Shown here: in pieces, positions 60,790 to 64,000 of the stretch | Position numbering within the stretch: position 1 is the stretch's first letter | Layout of the letters: each line of letters starts with the position of its first letter | Source of the DNA: Costertonia aggregata | Lineage (GTDB): Bacteria > Bacteroidota > Bacteroidia > Flavobacteriales > Flavobacteriaceae | Direction: 5' to 3' | Assembly: GCF_013402795.1 (NCBI RefSeq) | Contig: NZ_CP058595.1 | Location: forward strand, 2,077,848-2,141,847 | DNA length: 64,000 nucleotides | Notes under the pieces: generated by a model | What the model was told of the DNA's origin: nothing | Seen by the model: the letters and a program-made list of their open reading frames with translations, nothing else | Database searches by the model: none | Position numbers and translations under genes: made by a program

Positions 60790-61893
60790 TTACCACTGTT
60801 GATTCCGAAACCCTTGTGCTTTGGCAAATTGTATGGTGTTTGTTAGGTAATCCTCTAGATTATACTCCGGGACAGGGAGAATTTTTTCCAATAAGGTAGT
60901 ATCCCATTCACAGGGTTTGGAAGTAAGATAAGGCGTTAAATGTACACCTATGGTATTGTAATAAAACTGTTCTAACTTAGACTCAAAACCTGTTGCTTGG
61001 TCAATGATATTTTGGGTAAGGCTAAAGTTCTCAAAGCTGACCGTATCCAATATTTTTTTGATGCCGTTGGTAATATGCGTGGTTTTTGGGTGAACAATGT
61101 TCAATTGTTCTACATGGGTGTCAAAAACGGTTGCGATGACCTTTGCGGCATAGTCCGTGGGTATGATATTGAGACCGCTATCGGTATGTGCCGTAATTCT
61201 AATACTTTCCCCTGAGGTATTGCGGTAAAAGAATTTAGCGAACAGGTAAAACACCATGTATTTGGAAATGAAAAAATTAGGGGCGTCCGTAATATTCCCG
61301 CCCAAAACACTGGGTCTTAAAATTTGAATGGGAACGCCTGCCGCTTTGCCCGCCTGCATCAAATATTTTTCAGAGGCATATTTTGAAGCTTCGTAATGGT
61401 TTCTATGCTCCTTCGGTTCTGTTTTTAAATAATCGTTTGGGATTAATCCACCTAAATTACCCGCCGAAAAAGCTGTGCTTATGTAAATAAATTTATCAAT
61501 CTTACAGGAGTACGCCTCAAAAATTGATTTGGTGAAATCAAAGTTCTCCTTAAAGATTTCGGCTTTGGCCTCTGGAGCCGTAGACAGGTTCACAAAACCG
61601 GCAGAGTGTATAAAATGGGTAATTTTTTTGTTGGCCAAAAACGAATCGGGCCTCAAAATATCGGTTGCGGGAACAACCGTAATTTTGGATAGTATTGCTT
61701 TGGTATTGTTCTTTACGAACTGTGGCGCGAAATCGCTCCCCAACATCTTGACAATCCTACTTTCTGGAGTGCTTGATTTTTTTTCCCGTACAGGAAGGTA
61801 GACATGGTCGATAATATCCCATTTATCCTCAAAGAGGGAAAATAGAACCCTAGATCCCAGAGTACCGGTCGCACCTGTAAGTAGTATAGTCAT
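60790..61893 (-). CDS. NAD(P)-binding Rossmann-fold oxidoreductase of the thioester-reductase/NAD_binding_4 (fatty-acyl reductase-like) SDR type
   Basis: LLTGATGTLGSRV glycine-rich loop. The Y...K catalytic pair YEASK. 367 aa. Confidence 0.6.
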   Translation of the reverse strand: MTILLTGATGTLGSRVLFSLFEDKWDIIDHVYLPVREKKSSTPESRIVKMLGSDFAPQFVKNNTKAILSKITVVPATDILRPDSFLANKKITHFIHSAGFVNLSTAPEAKAEIFKENFDFTKSIFEAYSCKIDKFIYISTAFSAGNLGGLIPNDYLKTEPKEHRNHYEASKYASEKYLMQAGKAAGVPIQILRPSVLGGNITDAPNFFISKYMVFYLFAKFFYRNTSGESIRITAHTDSGLNIIPTDYAAKVIATVFDTHVEQLNIVHPKTTHITNGIKKILDTVSFENFSLTQNIIDQATGFESKLEQFYYNTIGVHLTPYLTSKPCEWDTTLLEKILPVPEYNLEDYLTNTIQFAKAQGFRNQQW

Positions 61894-61958
61894 TTAAAAC
61901 GATTGGTTAAAGGCAAAACCCCTATCAAGCAAAATATCGATAAGGGTTTGGTTCAAAA

Positions 61959-63275
61959 TTAGTATCTGTAATACTCTGGTTTGTAGGGGCCTTCGACCTT
62001 TACGCCGATGTATTCGGCCTGATCTTGTTTTAGCTCGGTAAGTTCAGCTCCCAAGCGGGCCAAGTGTAATTTGGCTACTTTTTCGTCCAAGTGTTTCGGA
62101 AGCATATATACCTTGTTTTCGTAATTGTCACTGTTTTTCCACAATTCAATCTGTGCCAAGGTTTGGTTTGTAAATGAATTGCTCATTACAAAACTTGGGT
62201 GACCGGTTGCACAACCAAGGTTTACCAATCGGCCTTCCGCTAAAATGATAATGTCTTTGCCGTCAACGGTATATTTATCTACCTGAGGCTTAATTTCATC
62301 CTTGGTGTTCCCATATTCCCCGTTCAGCCAAGCCATATCTATTTCATTGTCAAAATGGCCGATGTTACAAACAATGGCTTTATCCTTTAAGGCCCTGAAG
62401 TGTTCTCCTCTAATGATATCCTTATTACCGGTGGTCGTAATAACAATATCGGCCGTACCAACTACGTTTTCCAATTTTTTGACTTCAAAACCATCCATAC
62501 AGGCCTGTAGTGCACAAATGGGGTCGATTTCGGTCACGGTAACTATTGAACCCGCACCTCTAAACGATGCTGCCGTTCCTTTTCCTACATCACCGTAACC
62601 TGCAACAACAACCTTTTTGCCGGCAAGCATGGTGTCTGTAGCCCTACGTATAGCATCTACGGCACTTTCTTTACAACCGTATTTATTATCAAACTTGGAT
62701 TTGGTGACTGAGTCGTTAACGTTAATGGCAGGCATGGGTAGCGTACCGTTTTTAACGCGCTCGTACAATCTATGTACTCCTGTAGTGGTCTCTTCGGAAA
62801 GGCCTTTGATGCCGGAAGCCAACTCTGGATATTTGTCCAAAACCATATTGGTCAAATCACCACCATCGTCCAAAATAAGGTTCAAAGGTTTCCTGTCCTC
62901 GCCAAAAAAGAGAGTTTGTTCTATACACCAGTCAAATTCTTCCTCGTTCATCCCTTTCCAGGCATAAACCGGAATGCCCGCAGCAGCAATTGCAGCAGCG
63001 GCATGGTCTTGTGTAGAGAAAATATTACATGAGCTCCAAGTCACATCCGCACCCAGTGCAACCAAAGTTTCAATGAGAACAGCGGTCTGTATCGTCATAT
63101 GTAGACAACCGGCGATGCGGGAACCCTTTAAAGGCTGTTCGTTTTTATACTCTTCGCGCAGTGCCATTAAACCGGGCATTTCGGCCTCGGCCAATTGAAT
63201 TTCCTTTCTTCCCCAATCCGCCAAGGTAATATCCTTTACTTTATAGGGTACGTATGTCATTGTTTTTGTGCTCAT
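61959..63275 (-). CDS. ahcY: adenosylhomocysteinase. The start is placed at [13 protein letters not shown] rather than the longer ORF start at 63341.
   Basis: The NAD-binding GYGDVGKG motif and the conserved SAHH blocks. Confidence 0.93.
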   Translation of the reverse strand: MSTKTMTYVPYKVKDITLADWGRKEIQLAEAEMPGLMALREEYKNEQPLKGSRIAGCLHMTIQTAVLIETLVALGADVTWSSCNIFSTQDHAAAAIAAAGIPVYAWKGMNEEEFDWCIEQTLFFGEDRKPLNLILDDGGDLTNMVLDKYPELASGIKGLSEETTTGVHRLYERVKNGTLPMPAINVNDSVTKSKFDNKYGCKESAVDAIRRATDTMLAGKKVVVAGYGDVGKGTAASFRGAGSIVTVTEIDPICALQACMDGFEVKKLENVVGTADIVITTTGNKDIIRGEHFRALKDKAIVCNIGHFDNEIDMAWLNGEYGNTKDEIKPQVDKYTVDGKDIIILAEGRLVNLGCATGHPSFVMSNSFTNQTLAQIELWKNSDNYENKVYMLPKHLDEKVAKLHLARLGAELTELKQDQAEYIGVKVEGPYKPEYYRY

Positions 63276-63358
63276 GTGTTTTTTTATTTTTACTTTCGTT
63301 TCATAGCAAACCGCTATTTCTAGCGACTGCAAAGGTAACAATTAGTTAGAATACGCCC

Positions 63359-63997
63359 ATGCCCCTTTACAAAACAATAACAGTAAATCCCACGGTCAAG
63401 GTCTACATTTGGCACATTTCAGAATCCGAAGGGAAACTTGCACAGGGTATAACCTTAACAAAGCATTGTCAAGACAGGCTGAACGGTATGAAATCCCAAT
63501 TGCACCGAAGGGGTTTTCTGAGTATTCGCCATTTAATGGCGGAGGCGGGATATGTAGATCACGATTTGTATTATGACGCTTCTGGAAAGCCACATTTAAA
63601 AGACGGCAAACACATATCTATTACCCATTCTTCTTATTTTACCGCAATTATTGTAAGTGAAACCGATGAGGTAGGTATTGATGTTGAAAAACAACGAGAC
63701 AAAATTTTACGCATTGCACATAAATTCACTCCTTTGCAAGAATATAGCACTATTGCGAACACCGATGCTTTGGTAAGAAAATTGACCGTGGTTTGGGGCT
63801 GTAAGGAATCCCTTTATAAAATCTACGCCACCCATGGCCTGAGCTTTCTACACCACATCGTAATTTCAGATTTTTCCCTTTTCGATGGTGAGACCAGCGG
63901 AGAAATCATCTACAAAGGCGATACATCCAAATACGAAATAAAATTTCTAGAATTTGAGGGTTTTACCTGTGTGTATGCTTTGAGAAAAAGCAAATAG
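63359..63997 (+). CDS. 4'-phosphopantetheinyl transferase (Sfp/EntD-type)
   Basis: GIDVE and W..KES..K motifs. 212 aa. Divergent from ahcY. Confidence 0.8.
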   Translation: MPLYKTITVNPTVKVYIWHISESEGKLAQGITLTKHCQDRLNGMKSQLHRRGFLSIRHLMAEAGYVDHDLYYDASGKPHLKDGKHISITHSSYFTAIIVSETDEVGIDVEKQRDKILRIAHKFTPLQEYSTIANTDALVRKLTVVWGCKESLYKIYATHGLSFLHHIVISDFSLFDGETSGEIIYKGDTSKYEIKFLEFEGFTCVYALRKSK

Positions 63998-64000
63998 TTT

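Noticed and set aside
63276-63358. SAH riboswitch upstream of ahcY
   Set aside because: Only about 83 nt are shared with the divergent PPTase promoter. No convincing pseudoknot-forming motif was seen. It cannot be excluded without a covariance-model scan.

Overview
The window reads as a chromosomal segment from a gliding Flavobacteriaceae-type bacterium (Bacteroidota). The evidence is: a gldE-gldD pair; a mutY-ssb-gldE-gldD arrangement; atpD-atpC standing apart from the rest of the ATP synthase genes; the panC / short GT5 'glycogen synthase' / DUF4270 / glmS arrangement; many TonB-dependent receptors with lipoprotein partners; a Bacteroidetes-type TTG...TAnnTTTG promoter; and about 38-40% GC. 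It is densely coding, mostly housekeeping. The protein-coding genes called are: glyQS fragment, xth, radA, panCD, glmS, atpDC, bioF/D/A/B, recX, rng, hup, mutY, ssb, rplU-rpmA, ahcY and a PPTase. I saw no tRNA, rRNA, CRISPR array or transposase/integrase. Regions that look accessory or unusual: (i) at 21.7-23.2 kb, a small XRE-HTH gene sits next to a frameshifted DUF2975 membrane gene whose start is covered by a perfect 26-bp AT-only inverted repeat; a 680-bp non-coding AT-rich stretch follows, upstream of bioF; (ii) the biotin locus is split and interleaved with antisense GT39 and GT2 glycosyltransferases, a DUF2007/zinc-ribbon gene is translationally coupled between bioF and bioD, and a FabB/F-type ketoacyl synthase is present while no bioC/G/H/W/Z appears in the window; (iii) ribosomal protein L21 carries a about 120-aa C-terminal Lys/Ala/Pro-rich plus helix-hairpin-helix (DUF4332-like) extension; (iv) a TonB-dependent receptor is paired with a beta-propeller phytase; (v) a strongly AT-rich, Lys-rich 450-aa orphan gene with no recognisable domain sits wedged between the phytase and a NT5C-type nucleotidase. 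All calls rest on reading the supplied translations and sequence by eye. No database search was run.
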